Positions 1 through 12,339 are shown, numbered from the stretch's first letter. The stretch: DNA of 64,000 nucleotides from Octopus sinensis (GCF_006345805.1 NC_043004.1:89342001-89406000), one strand, 5' to 3'. Translations and numbers: made by a program. The notes: generated from the letters alone by a model not told the origin.

Positions 1-329
1 TAACCTTTATTTCAAAAACTTTAAATTGTTTGATCAAGAAGCAATTACCCTATTTATCGATTTTTGCTTCTTAAATGCATTCCTTCACCTTATTCAAGAA
101 TTTAATTGTCCCTGACAATCACTGAGCGAATTATTCTCTCCACAGCTTGAGAGCAATCAATGCGTATATTATACAAATCAGTAGCGTAGTTAAGAAGTGA
201 GTAACGACGGGGGGTCCGGGCAGGTGACGCTTTTGGGGGTTGTAAAACCAGTATAGAAGACTGAGTGGAGTAGGAAAGGGCACTCGTGGGCTACCCGGGC
301 GTAACACTGTGACTATAGCACTTATGTAT

Positions 330-640
330 TATAGTGCGATAGGCTTGATAAGGTTACCCTGGGTTTCTCGCTCGCAAGGGGTTGCCTTACGGCGTATCTT
401 CAGATCCCAAACACTCCTGGCCTGAGATTTCTTTAAAATAAGGAGAGGGTAAAAACTAGGTTTCCCTCTCCATATTTTCAAGGTCTCAGGCTAACAGTGC
501 TTGGGGTCAGAAGATACGCCGTAAGGCTAAACCCCTTATGAGCTAGAAACCTAGGGTAATCCCATAAACCAACTTATCCTCACTATATTAACTGCTCTAT
601 ATTTTAGTGTGCTTCTCCTCCGGATTTATGTATTTCTACG
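330..640. mobile_element. Long imperfect palindrome (330-587) plus shared right flank; probable non-autonomous DNA element
   Basis: Arms 330-431 and 481-587 are reverse complements; inner GGAGAGGG/CCCTCTCC hairpin; related copy at 14077-14265. Confidence 0.65.
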
Positions 641-3206
641 AAAATTTATATAATATATATATACACACATACATATTTGCCTAGCTACGGTGAATCCCAA
701 CGTTCAAGAGATACATATCCATGGGAGGTCTAGCTGTGAAATTTCTCAGACCTTGCTTACTGATTTTGTCCTTTTGCTGCACAAGAATGCCCGAGGTGTT
801 AAGTTTCAGGCCCACTGCATGGCACCTTGAGCAAGTGTTTTCTGCTAGAACCCCAACTAATGGGCTGAACGAATTCAGTGGGAGCCAGTCAGGTATATAT
901 GTTCGTGTCGTCGCATGTTTGTTTATACACCTCATAACTTAGTTTGGAATGGAATTGTCAGAATAATTATTAAAATTTTTTTCTGTACGATCGACTGTGC
1001 ACCAGCATGGCTACAATAGTCAAAAAGAGTACATCTCTCCGCCAATCCAACCCCACAACCTTACTACGCAAGTGACATTCTACCTTTTGATCAATGCTGA
1101 TTTTGAGTTTACTTTAAATGTGAAGCAGTTTTGCATGGATGGGAAGTTGATAATGTGAATATAAGAGTCATTGAAGGCATATTGACTAAAACATGCCTTG
1201 AAAAAAATATTTTCTTGACCTCAGACTTCCAACATTGAAAACTTGCAAGTAAACCAGTTCTAAATTCCAAGTTCAGACTTTAAAAAAAAAAAAAACTGAA
1301 TGGAAACATTTATGGGTTATAAGCAAGCGCATGTAACGGCTAATATCAATACTACAGCCAAGTAATAATTTTGCTTGACAAGTGTAGTCTTGGACCAGTT
1401 TATCTAACTGCATAGAAAATATTGCTGTGATCAAGTAGCCATGACAGAGCAATTTAGTTAATTAATCACAGGTACTTGCCTGAATGATTAAGGTGAGGCC
1501 AGATGTTCTTACAGCTGTATTCATGCTACACACTGATATGCAATAGTGAGTCTGGACATATGATCTTTCCATTATCAATTTCTATAACAGTGGAGGCACA
1601 TGGCTTAGTTGTTAGGGTTTTGATCATAAGATTGTGGCTTTGACTCTTGAACCAGGTGAGGTGTTGTGTTCTTGAGCAAAACACTTCATTTCATTGTTCC
1701 TGTTCACTTGGCTAGCAAAAATGAATAATCCCACAACAGACAGGTTATTTTGTCCTGGGCAAAATTTCAAGTGTTCCAATTTTGAGAAAAGGGTTAAACA
1801 TTTCCCAAACAGCCTCTGGTTCTATCTGATACAAATATCTCCATTTTAAAATTATCAAACAAGAACTTGCAAATAAAAGTGTATTTCAACAGAAATATGG
1901 TAATAAAAAGATCAAAGTGTAGAAGACTTCACTCAAAGAGACTTGAAAATCCAAAGGACAGCCATATCCCAAGTTTAGTAAATTGTTGAACTTCATATTC
2001 CATGCTGGCATGGGTCAATTTGACAGACTTCAGGGACTGCATCGTGCTTTCCTTTAAGCCAACCATTTTACAGCTTTCACTGAGCACTTCTTCCATGCAA
2101 ACACCTTTCAGAACCCCATACAACTTGCAAGACTACAAAACTGTACGAGAGGTGGAACTTTATGCTAAGAGAATAGGAAGGTAGGGGTAGAGTACCTTAG
2201 GCGAGTAGAACAAGTTTCTTATGAAAGGTGCTCTGTAACTCACATTTTAGAAAGAACATAGTTCCACAATGGAATTACTACTTCACAGGAACCTGTCCTT
2301 CAGTCACTGCTTGGGTTTATGCTATCAAGTCCACATACTGAAGAAATATCTTTTGTAATCAGGTGGCATCGCTGTTCTAAACATCTCGTCTGTAAGGTTT
2401 ATATTTTGGATCATTTTACTTGCAATGTTCAACCATACATCTAGAAGGGTAGAATTTGAAGATACACACCGAGAACCTTTTATCTTTTAAATAGGTGATT
2501 CACATTTAACTAGAACCACCAGAAAGTGAACCAATTTCCTAGTGTATTGTTACATGAAGACAAATCCAACAAAACAGCACGTCTCCATCCTCTCACAATG
2601 AGGTCTATTATACTGCTCCATTAGCTTCAGGATGTATTTAGATGCTTTTGATTGTTTAAATTTTTCCTTCGACAATTATCAAATATTGCCAAACACTAAA
2701 AAATGAAAGCACTCAAATTGCAAGCCATATTTCCCTCAAGTCACATTAACTTTCAAAAGATACCTCAACATGGTGAGAAGGCCTCTGATCAATTGCACAA
2801 CTACTACTGAGTTCTGTTTATTTACAGACTCTATAGTCAATCAGAAAAGATTGAACACAACTGGAACCATGTCTTGGACATTTCAAGTTTATTTGAAAAT
2901 GAGAAACAACCATTATCCCCTATAATAGTTATTAACCAATAATGCAAGATTTAACATAAAAATAAGTAAAATTCATTAATATCCACTCTTGGCAATTTAC
3001 AACCATTGAAACCTTCATTAAGAGGTGAAAGATTAAATACAAACTGTACTCTTAAAAATAATTAATACTTCAAACTTTGGTCTATACAGTAAACTTTCAT
3101 AGTCATGTCTGACACTTTTTTTTCCAAGTATAGAAAAATGTTATATTCAGAGAAAACATTTCACAGAAAAACAATTTAAAGAAAATACATTTTTTTTTAA
3201 TTGCAG

Positions 3207-5316
3207 ATCCACAGAAGACATTTTCTACACATTTGTTTCATTAATATTTTTTACAGAGGCTATGAGAGAGATGTATAAAAGTAAGTTTAGTTTTATGAAA
3301 CTTTCATATTGTTAGTGTTAAGATTTTTCGCACTTCGATGTACTTGTTGAGAAATTTAGCTGAATAACCATTTACAATTCTAAATTATGCATAAAAAAGA
3401 TCTCTTCCATTCCATGAAAAAGCTATCTGAAAAACCATTCAAATTCAAATTTAGTGCTTTAGTACAAAAATATAAAAACAAGAGTAAAATCATCTGTATT
3501 TAAGAATTTGCTAGAATTTACACTAAAAGTATTTCAGTAACCGAACAGGCTTGCTCACCAAACAAGAAAAAAAAAAAATGACACTAGATATAATTAGAAA
3601 TATCTTTGCTATATTAATTTCTGTAACTTACCATTTGCAGGTTTCCAACAACATTACTTTCCTTGTCAAGCTGATATACACTCGGCAAGCCAATGGAATA
3701 CAACCTTGAATTCCGACACTAATGGTCACCCTCGCTTCAGTGCCATTCCTCGAAATAAACAGCCACACTCGAGTGTCATGAAGGTGGATCAACTATGTCA
3801 GCAGGAGACAAGTATTTTGTTCATATTTCTAATGACTGCAACACTATGGTTGGCAACAACGCTTTCCAACTTCACGAAAACGTAAGCTAAATTAAATTTC
3901 ATTAACTATAAGTATTAAAAAAAACATCAGTTGGTAATTTTCTTTTTCTTATATTCCAGACCTTATTTAAGTGCACAAAAAAGACAGCTGCTGGCTGATT
4001 ATGCAATTCCACTGACAATTTTGATTATGACAATAGTGTCAACAATATTCTCAAGCATCTACAGTAAGTTCTGGGCAAATTTTTACATTTACCTACCTAT
4101 CGAGAAAAAAAAAAGTTTCAAAATTAACTTTTACTTTTTTTTTTCTTATACAGTGGAACCATTATTACTACCATCAAATGTTACACTTGGTCCGGCACCT
4201 TTATACAAACTTTCAGCTGGAGCAGTTGTTACCTCTTTCTTCCTTGGCTTCAGTCTCTCATTACTGTTTTTCATCAATCATAACATCTCAAGTGCTCAAA
4301 TTAACAATGCAACATACAAGTAAGTTTCCATTTTAGCAATAGAAAACAAATTCACGAAAAAATAAAGAAAAACAAAAAATTAACAATAGCGTCTATTTTC
4401 AGACTTAAGAAAGGATCAGCCTATCACTGGGATTTACTTGTTATAGCTATCATAAACATTATGTTATCAATCATTGGATGTCCATGGATGCATGTAGCCC
4501 TCCCAGTATCTTCACAACATGTCAAGAGTATGGCTCAGATGGAAGAACGAGTTGAGCAAGGAAGTATACATCAAATGTAAGTCAAGCAATTCAATCCTAA
4601 AAACACTATTTCAAAAACTGGTAAATATTATCCGTTAACACTAACTACTTCTTTCAGCATTGTACAGGTCAGAGAAACCCGTGTAACCAGCCTTATCTGC
4701 TACATGATGCTTGGCCTATCCCTTTTGCTGCTGCCTCATCCACTCGCAGATATCCCAAGACCAGTGTTGTGTGGATATTTTCTCTATATGGCAATCATAT
4801 TTCTTTCAGACAGACAACTTATCGACAGATTTCTACTCCTAATAACCGAACAGGTAAGTTACTTACTTAAACATAATTAACAAATTAAAATACCTTCCTT
4901 GGGTTGGGTTTCTAACTAGTCTTTTTTCCAATTTTTTCTTTCAGTCATCCTATCCACCAAGTCATTACATCAGACGAGTGCCACAGAGAGATATCCACAA
5001 ATATACATTTTCCCAGATGGCTCAACTTCTATTTTTATGTATTTTTGGTCTTGTTCCAGTTCCTTACATACAAATGTTCTTCCCAATGGTAATGGTCTCT
5101 CTTGTTTTTATCAGGTAACAATTTTTCTCTTTTCAAAATACAAAATAAAAACATAACTTAGAAATAAACACTAAGCAATCTAATAAAAGCATCTTCCCCA
5201 CTAAGTTAAGCTAATCACTATGAAATGTTAAAGTGAAATATCTTTTCTTTCTTTACAACAGACACATGTTAGTACCCAAGGTTGTGGAGAAGAAACATCT
5301 CGCTGTACTTGACTAA
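3207..5316 (+). CDS. SLC4A11: SLC4A11-like bicarbonate/borate transporter family membrane protein, C-terminal part. Exons 3207-3280, 3641-3881, 3960-4063, 4154-4319, 4403-4576, 4658-4853, 4945-5114, 5262-5316 (TAA). 5' exons not found in the window.
   Basis: All exons have AG/GT boundaries with matching phases. Spliced translation includes STEDIFYTFVSLIF, KTPYLSAQKRQLLADYAIP, KKGSAYHWDLLVIAIIN, VRETRVTS, EQSSYPPSHYIRRVPQRDIH and HMLVPKVVEKKHLAVLD*, colinear with recalled SLC4A11 motifs (STEEII, KGTAYHWDLL, ETRLT, YPPTHYIRRVPQRKIH). Confidence 0.9.
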
Positions 5317-5348
5317 TACCTGCTGGGCAACAAATGAAAATTACTGAA

Positions 5349-5354
5349 AATAAA
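5349..5354 (+). terminator. Candidate polyadenylation signal AATAAA for the SLC4A11-like gene
   Basis: AATAAA 32 nt after the stop codon, repeated in tandem. Confidence 0.45.
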
Positions 5355-5551
5355 AATAAAAAAAAAAGAAAAAACATCTCACTGTTGTTTGTCTTTAATT
5401 TTTGAGTTTGTACATGACAGCTGCAGAGGTCAGTAAGTGCTTGCCAGGAGAGGAGGCTGCAGCAGCAGACATTGCTACAGGGTGGGCGAGATAATAGTGG
5501 TACAATCAACAAAGAGTTGTCAAGAAATACAAGACTTTAAAATTGTCAATT

Positions 5552-5557
5552 TTTATT
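5552..5557 (-). terminator. Candidate polyadenylation signal for SERBP1
   Basis: TTTATT on + (AATAAA on -), about 720 nt downstream of the SERBP1 stop, at the end of a repeat-free 3' UTR-like tract. Confidence 0.4.
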
Positions 5558-6275
5558 CTCCAAGAAAGTGACGTCCAGCTTTTTTGAACACATCTGACAT
5601 CACATGCTGCTACTGCTGCTGCTGTGGAAATAGATTTAACTCCAGGTAAGCACCAGGAGCAAAGGGCAGAAAATGCCCACAGCGGCTGCATGAATGGTCC
5701 ATTAACATCTCCCTCTTCCCAACAGCAGGTCAACCAGAACAACAGGGGAATGATGGAAATTTTAAAAAAAAATTTAAAAAACACACACATTACTCTTTAA
5801 TGATGGAAATTGAGAATAGTTTTATCTCTTCCACACTGAATGGAAAATTGCTTCCATTACACTGTAGCAGTCACAACAACAACCACCAATTAACAGGGGA
5901 TGGGATGGGGCAATTTCCTTTCAAGGAGTAATAAATATTCACAAAATAAGCAGTCCATCATTAATAAGACCACCAGGGTTGATGGCAATTTTGAAGCTTA
6001 AGAGTCAATAGCAGCTGCTAGAGAAAGCAGCCTGGACTTCATGAGAGAAGGAGAGTTGGAGGAGAGAGCTGCTGCCAGACCAAACTTCATGCAGTACTGA
6101 GTTCAAGTGAAAAAGTGGTAATGAAACCATAGAAAAAACTTGCTGGAGATCTTCGCTCAGTTTCTATCAATATTTGAAGTACAAACGTTCAGTATTCCAT
6201 GGCAAATCCAACAAGATGATTTATGTTTACATAGCATTTTCATTTCCATGAATAAAGTGAAAAAAGCCATGAAAA

Positions 6276-9200
6276 TCATGCTGCAGTGTGGACAAGACGA
6301 GGAAAGTCATTCTCATCATCCATGCATGGAGCAGATTCACGTGGTCCACCTTTCTTCTCTGCTCTGCTGATTGCACGACCACCTCCACGGCCACCTGTGC
6401 CTCTTTCTCCACCGCCTCTTTCCGAACCACTTCCACGTCCACGTCTGCCACCACCACGTCCACGACGTGGGGAATCATTAAATGTGATCTTGATGTTGTG
6501 GAGGATGTTCTTGCCACGACGAGGTTCATCTTCATAACCCTAATGGGAGAGAAAAGAAAAGTAACAATTACAATCAATATTTAAATGCACTTAAAAAATG
6601 TTTACTTCTTACAATCTCCTAACAAGCTTCAGGCTGCAATCTCACATCTGAGATAACAATCCAACAAAATGATTCAACGAAAAATATAGTAGCTATATAG
6701 TCCTACCGACACCAGCATGAAAGGCAGACATTAAACGAAGATGAAACAGTAATGAAGGGCATATATCGAGTCAGAATTACTATAAGAGATATAGTCGTTG
6801 AATTTAAGTAACAAAGCAAAACAAACAAAAACTCACTTCGTCTTCATCCTCGTCCTCATCCTCATCATCAGATTCTTTCTTTTTCAGAACGTAGGTCTTC
6901 TTCCACTGAGACTCATCAACCCCTTCATTGGGCTTGCGGATGTTGAACTCAGTTTTTACACGGTTTTTCTTCTCCAGGGCCTTCCATTCATCCAGGGTCA
7001 TTTGCTTGACGATTTGCTCTTCGTCAGGCACTTCAGGATTGGCCTCCGTGGTCTCTGCAGTGGTCTCACTGGAAACAGATTAAAATGAAAAAGAACTATT
7101 ATAGCTCCTGTCCACTATATACACACACACACACACACATACACACATATATATATATTAGCTATAGAAAAATAGTTGAAGACAATTTTAATTTTACTTA
7201 CTTAGGATCCTGGTTTTCGGCATCCTCTGCTTGGGCACTCCACTCCTGAGTCTCAGTCTCTTTGAGCTGCTCCCTAGAATTGGTCGAACTAAATAATTAG
7301 GTTTCTATCGACCAGGACATAATTTGATACAAAACATTAAATACATCATAACCAATTAGTTAACATATCGCAATCTATACTCACTCCATATCATCTTTCA
7401 TTGTTCCCCAATTGTGGGAGCCACCACCTTCCTTTTTCTCAACTGCCTTTACTCCACTGCAGTGTAAAAAATATATCTGATTAGACATCAGCAAAAAGCA
7501 ATAAAATCAAATACATGGTAAAACAATTAAGTAGGGCCATCGTGAGCAACCATCACTAGTAAGTGTATCATTTTGTACCATTATGGTATTAATATCAACC
7601 TCATAAGAACGAAAGGCAAAAACCAGTAGTAAAAAGGATTTTGAAAGCCAAACAAAGAAACTAGCAACCCGTTTTAAATTATACAATAAACAATGTCATT
7701 CATCACCCAACGATAACTAACGTAACCCAATTCAATAATTACTTTGAACAATTGGAACCGATGAACAACGTAAAAGAATGTTATGTAACAACAGTAATAA
7801 GATACTTACGTTTTATCACTGCCACTGTGTCGTTCAAATTCCCTTTTTCCGCCACGATCACTGAAACTAACTCCACGACCTCCCCGGCCACCGCCTCGGC
7901 CACCACGCCGTCCTCTGCCCCGAAAGCCATCCGATCGTCCAAAACTGCCCTCTTCCGAGTTGCGATTGAAACCGAAACCTTCAGAGCGACCACCGCTGAA
8001 ACCTTCCGACTTGCCAGATCCACCTTCAGGGCGGCCGAAACCGTCCGAACGTCCACTAGATCGGTTAAAACCGTCTGACCTCTCCCTGCAGTAAGATCGA
8101 AGAACAAAACACGATAATAATAAAACAAAATGAAAGTACAGCTTGCATCTACATTGTAGGAAAGCCTAAGGGACGGATAGATTGTTGGAGTTGTCATTTC
8201 GTTTATTCTTTTTTTTTCTTCTTAAAACTCATAAGCGATCTCTGGTACTTACCGATAATCAGACGAGAAATCATCCCTTCGCCGAGGAGGTCGGCGCTCT
8301 GTTTCATTGTCCCCAAATTCATTGGAATCTTTGGATTCAGTCTCTCGATTCGGCCGGAAACTTCTTCCTCGTCCTCTGTTCTGACCGCGAGGGGCACTTT
8401 CTCTCCTATTGCTTTCTACCACTAAATGAGGGGAGGGGAAGTAGAGAAAAATGGAAGTTTCAGAAACGTAGTAGAAAAGAAAACTACTCACACACACACA
8501 TTACAAAGGAAAAAAAAAAGAATTTAAGTACGAAGATGAAAATAACAAAGCAAGAAATGCTAAACTACAGGTCAACACTCGAAATAAACAAATACGTCTT
8601 TATTTGTCGAATCAGTAGACATTCAGAGTAGCCCGAGTTCGTCCGACTTACATTGTAGCATAGTCTTATATGGTAATGAGGGGGAAATATCACATTACAA
8701 AATAAATCTTCCTACAACAGCAACACTCCGTTGTTAAATTAATTAATAACAGTTTCGTTTAATGTGTTTTAGTTTGCAATTAAAAAAATTTATTTTTACA
8801 AGGGAGGGAAAAAATAATAATGAATAGCAAAGCGAGTAAGCTGGAGCAGCAGAAGGCGAGTGGCGGGGCAAAGTAGTCAAGATGGCGTCCAGCATGCTAG
8901 AAAGATGGCGGCTAAGATTGTTGAAAAAAGCACATGGACCAGCATACACACACGCACGCACACATTTATACACACACACTCACGCATACATACATACATG
9001 AAATAGAAATACATATACACACACAAATATATACATGTATTTAAGACGGTCGCCACTGGCAGGACAGGCAAAGATCTGCACGTGCACACAACATGAATGA
9101 GAGAGGGGCGCAAAACATCAGGTGAAACAATTCAATCATTTCGTACACTCATTAAAAATTTTTTTTTTTCACCTCTCCTTTATGTACTCTACACTCACCC

Positions 9201-10387
9201 ATGGGGATTTTTTTCCCCCATGTAATTAATTACAAATATTAAAAAGTACCAACGACGAATATATGAATACAATGAAGATATCACTCAGTAAAAAGGAAGA
9301 AAAAAAAACCCCAATAGTGCTTTAATTCTCGATGCAGCATCAGTAGATAATATAGATCTATTGCTTTCACGTGTGTGCGCGTGTATATAATATACATACA
9401 TGCACATCTGCGACACTTGAAATCCCCCAATTTCCCATGAAACTGATTGAATTTTTTTTTTTTCGATAACAGATTCGCAAATATTTAAAATCCATCTTCA
9501 GCTCTTAAATATATAAACATACATTGATAAATATATATATTTCCATATCTCTATATACACACTCACACATTCGTATACACATATATATATATAAACGCCA
9601 ATCGGTAGTGAGTGAGATGCGATGGCGGCGGGAATGTCTTATCAAACTCGCCATGTTATCGCAGACAAGAAATTTTTATTTCGACGATCTGGTGGAAAAA
9701 AAAAGCACTTGATATCAAGCTTAATACATAACTAGTAGCGGCCAGTCGTGCTTAATACTTAAATAGCAAATGCCTAGATAGGTGACCTTCACCTAATCAT
9801 CACTGTACAACCAACCAACGAGACACTAGACAGACATGGCCATTCTATTTATGCACAATGCAGTTTAGTCACCTCGTGTGTTCTCTTAATGAATTTTTTT
9901 CCTTTTCGTTCGACCTGACATTTTTCCCAACATTTACTAAGCAAGTGCAAAATAGCAAGATTTTAGAAATGAGAATTTACAATACGTTGCTTAGATTGAA
10001 GCTGCAGGTAAATGAAGCATAGAAGAATATAAATCGTACCATGTGGAAGCTTCCACGGAAGGTTAGAAAATAACGCTTTGAACCTCGTCTAGGATCGAAT
10101 ACAATAAATCATCGAAATTGAAGCATATTAAAATATTTCTATTTACCATCTCTCCGCTGTGAACTCTGTTCTGGTGCCTTTGATTTGGATTCCTGCGGAC
10201 TGGGTGCAACTGGCTTTTTGGTGGATTTAATATTAGCTTTATTAGCTTTGGACTTATCCACTTCCTTTTTAACTGTGTCTTTCTTTTTCACTTTAGCTTC
10301 CTGCTGATGAAGCATATCCAGTGGATCAGCATCATCGTAGAAAAGCGAATACTTGTTGGAAACAACTATGCCGTACTGGCTCTCCAT
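6276..10387 (-). CDS. SERBP1: SERBP1 / Vig / HABP4-PAI-RBP1 family RNA- and ribosome-binding protein, 441 aa. Exons 10387-10147, 8421-8253, 8085-7810, 7456-7385, 7273-7202, 7068-6837, 6539-6276 (TGA).
   Basis: Seven exons with GT-AG sites, total 1326 nt in frame. Motifs [25 protein letters not shown] boxes, [49 protein letters not shown] and C-terminal [13 protein letters not shown] match the family. Confidence 0.95.
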
Positions 10388-10466
10388 CGTTCCTCTGATT
10401 GAAGAGGATGCCAATGGATTCCACACCTGACGGCTGCCCTCCTGCTCTTAGCTCTCCAATATGGCG
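8879..10466. promoter_or_regulatory. Cluster of YY1-type motifs (AANATGGCG) in the SERBP1 5' region and intron 1
   Basis: Matches at 8879-8887, 8902-8910, 9649-9657 (reverse) and 10458-10466, in CpG-retaining sequence. Confidence 0.45.
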
Positions 10467-10867
10467 TGTTAGTTTAGATACAAGCAATGCATCTCGGGCA
10501 CATCTGACGTCACTACCCATATATGGTAAAGCTGGCGGGAAGGGCGTCAATTACTTATTTCCAGACCAATATATTTAATATATATATTTTTTAATGTTCT
10601 AACTTTACTTATATATTGATTAAAATGTTTAGATTTTTAGGGAGTAAACTTAAAAATTTATCCTTTAAAATGCAAATTTCAATATTACCAATTTTACCCA
10701 TCGTCCTTACATCGCGGGAAATTGCACTTAGCTGGTTGCTATGGGAAGGAGGGGGAGGTTGTATGGCCGGTTCTTAACATAAACACGTTCAGGCATGCTT
10801 TGCAGTGGCAACTACCTGCCCTCCGGCTGGAATTGTATTGTTGTATTCCCATTTTTTCCGGGGGAAA
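10388..10867. promoter_or_regulatory. Bidirectional promoter between SERBP1 (-) and ZNF367 (+)
   Basis: Divergent start codons 480-531 bp apart. Palindromic CRE TGACGTCA at 10505-10512; E2F-like GGCGGGAA at 10534-10541 and GCGGGAAA at 10714-10721. Confidence 0.75.
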
Positions 10868-11252
10868 ATGCAATTTCAGTCAGCAACTTCTCAACTAGGA
10901 CTTGCAATTCCCCAACTGATGAATGGCCACTTTGCAACCGACGATGTGTTTATGGTGCCTTGGAAGTTGTCCAGAGACGGTGATGATGATGTGTCTGTCG
11001 CACACATTCAGTTCAACTTGGATACAGCTTCTCTGGGACAGACCGATTATTCGAAATGCGAAAGGAAGGGCGTAGTGGATGGTGAAAACGAAGATGGTGA
11101 AAATTCGGTCCGTCGAGGTCGACCTCGAGCAGACAGTATTTCGTCTCTTATTTTGGAAGGTTACTCCTCTCACAGTGACATACGATGTCAGCTATGTTGG
11201 CGAGTGTTTCCCAGGGAGAAGTCTCTCCAAGCTCATCTCAGAACTCATACTG
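10868..11252 (+). CDS. ZNF367: ZNF367 C2H2 zinc finger protein, exon 1. Start ATG at 10868 or 10919; whole gene to 51774; 283 or 266 aa.
   Basis: DVFMVPWKL, VRRGRPRADSISSLILEG and IRCQLCWRVFPREKSLQAHLRTHTG match recalled ZNF367 motifs. Phase-1 GT donor at 11253. Confidence 0.92.
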
Positions 11253-12339
11253 GTCAGTAAAATTCTCTTACACATTTACACATTCTGCATGATTTTACCG
11301 ATTTTACTTTTAATATCATTTGTTTCGTCAAAACATGTTTTTCTTCAGCTGATGCTTTGAAGAATTTCATTACATTCTCTCCAAATAACCTTTATAGTAT
11401 CTGTGTATATTTATGTCTATTTATGTTCTATTTGTCTGTGTCTATTTTTATATATTTGTCTGTGTATATAGATTCACTTCGTCGAAATGAATAACCAAAA
11501 AAAAAATTATCTTAGTAAACAAAAATATAAGCAAAAATTAAAAACTATTGATCTTCGATTTTACAAAGCAATAATCGAAATGTATGTTTATACACCAAAT
11601 GATTTTTTTTTTCCCAATAAACTATATATATACTTCATCAATGTCTTAGCCATCATCACCTTTACGATTTTATCTCTTCAATTCAAATTTCTTGTTTCAT
11701 AGATTTTCTGAAGGGATTTTTATATAATAATATATTTTGTGTTCCTTTAACTGTTTAATTTTATTGTCCGTGCGACAAATGTTTGTGGCTATTAATAATG
11801 AAACTGAATTTTTATTTGCTGACATAGATCATGTTTGGGCAAAACCATTGTGAGAAAGAGAAATCGCTTGTTATGTAGTCGCTCGACCAGCTAAAAGTAG
11901 CAGCTAAATCTTCCAATTGCACATTAGGCCTGATGACCATGGTGAAAATGCATTTGATCATAAATTTACTCAAAATGGTTTGGTTTGGAAATTAGACAAC
12001 CAACAGTAATCTATTTCTATGATAGCTCTTAGTCCTGTCAGCTGTTATTTTAAGTGTACAAATAACATCGTATCAAATGTCGTAACAAATATATAGTGTA
12101 AACAATGTATATATAGATATATGCTGTGCCGGATTTAGAATTGGTGAGATGCTAAAGTATTGCAAACCTTGGAAAATCTCTAAGAATGACACTAGGTCGC
12201 GTATGTGTTACTCTTTTAATTATTTTGAATCTATTCTGGATAGTGAGCCCTTAACTTGTATAGCTTATGCCTAAATCTGGCATTGTGTTGGGGGTAGAGT
12301 ATACATATAAACTTGTAATTTCCAAAACAGTATAACTAG

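Noticed and set aside
1-3206. Upstream SLC4A11 exons, or a LINE remnant near 2200-2600
   Set aside because: No frame with convincing SLC4 motifs and splice sites; the LINE similarity is too weak to call.
5228-5790. Two 94-aa minus ORFs
   Set aside because: They lie in 3' UTR or intergenic sequence, have low-complexity composition and show no homology cues.
7485-7560. Possible C/D snoRNA in SERBP1 intron 3 (GTGATGG...CTGA on minus)
   Set aside because: Imperfect C box, no terminal stem, D box only ~30 nt from the 3' splice site, and no recognisable rRNA antisense element.
6140-8631. ORF-track entries on + (6286, 6288, 6798, 7752, 8182) and off-frame minus ORFs (6227, 7781, 8203)
   Set aside because: Antisense or wrong-frame shadows of SERBP1 exons.
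10805-10867. ORF-track start for ZNF367 at 10805 (and 10426 for SERBP1)
   Set aside because: These are GTG codons; the first in-frame ATGs are 10868/10919 and 10387.
11925-11962. Hammerhead-like CTGATGA...GAAA
   Set aside because: No stem I, no valid NUH triplet, non-canonical stem II, and it overlaps a short dispersed repeat.
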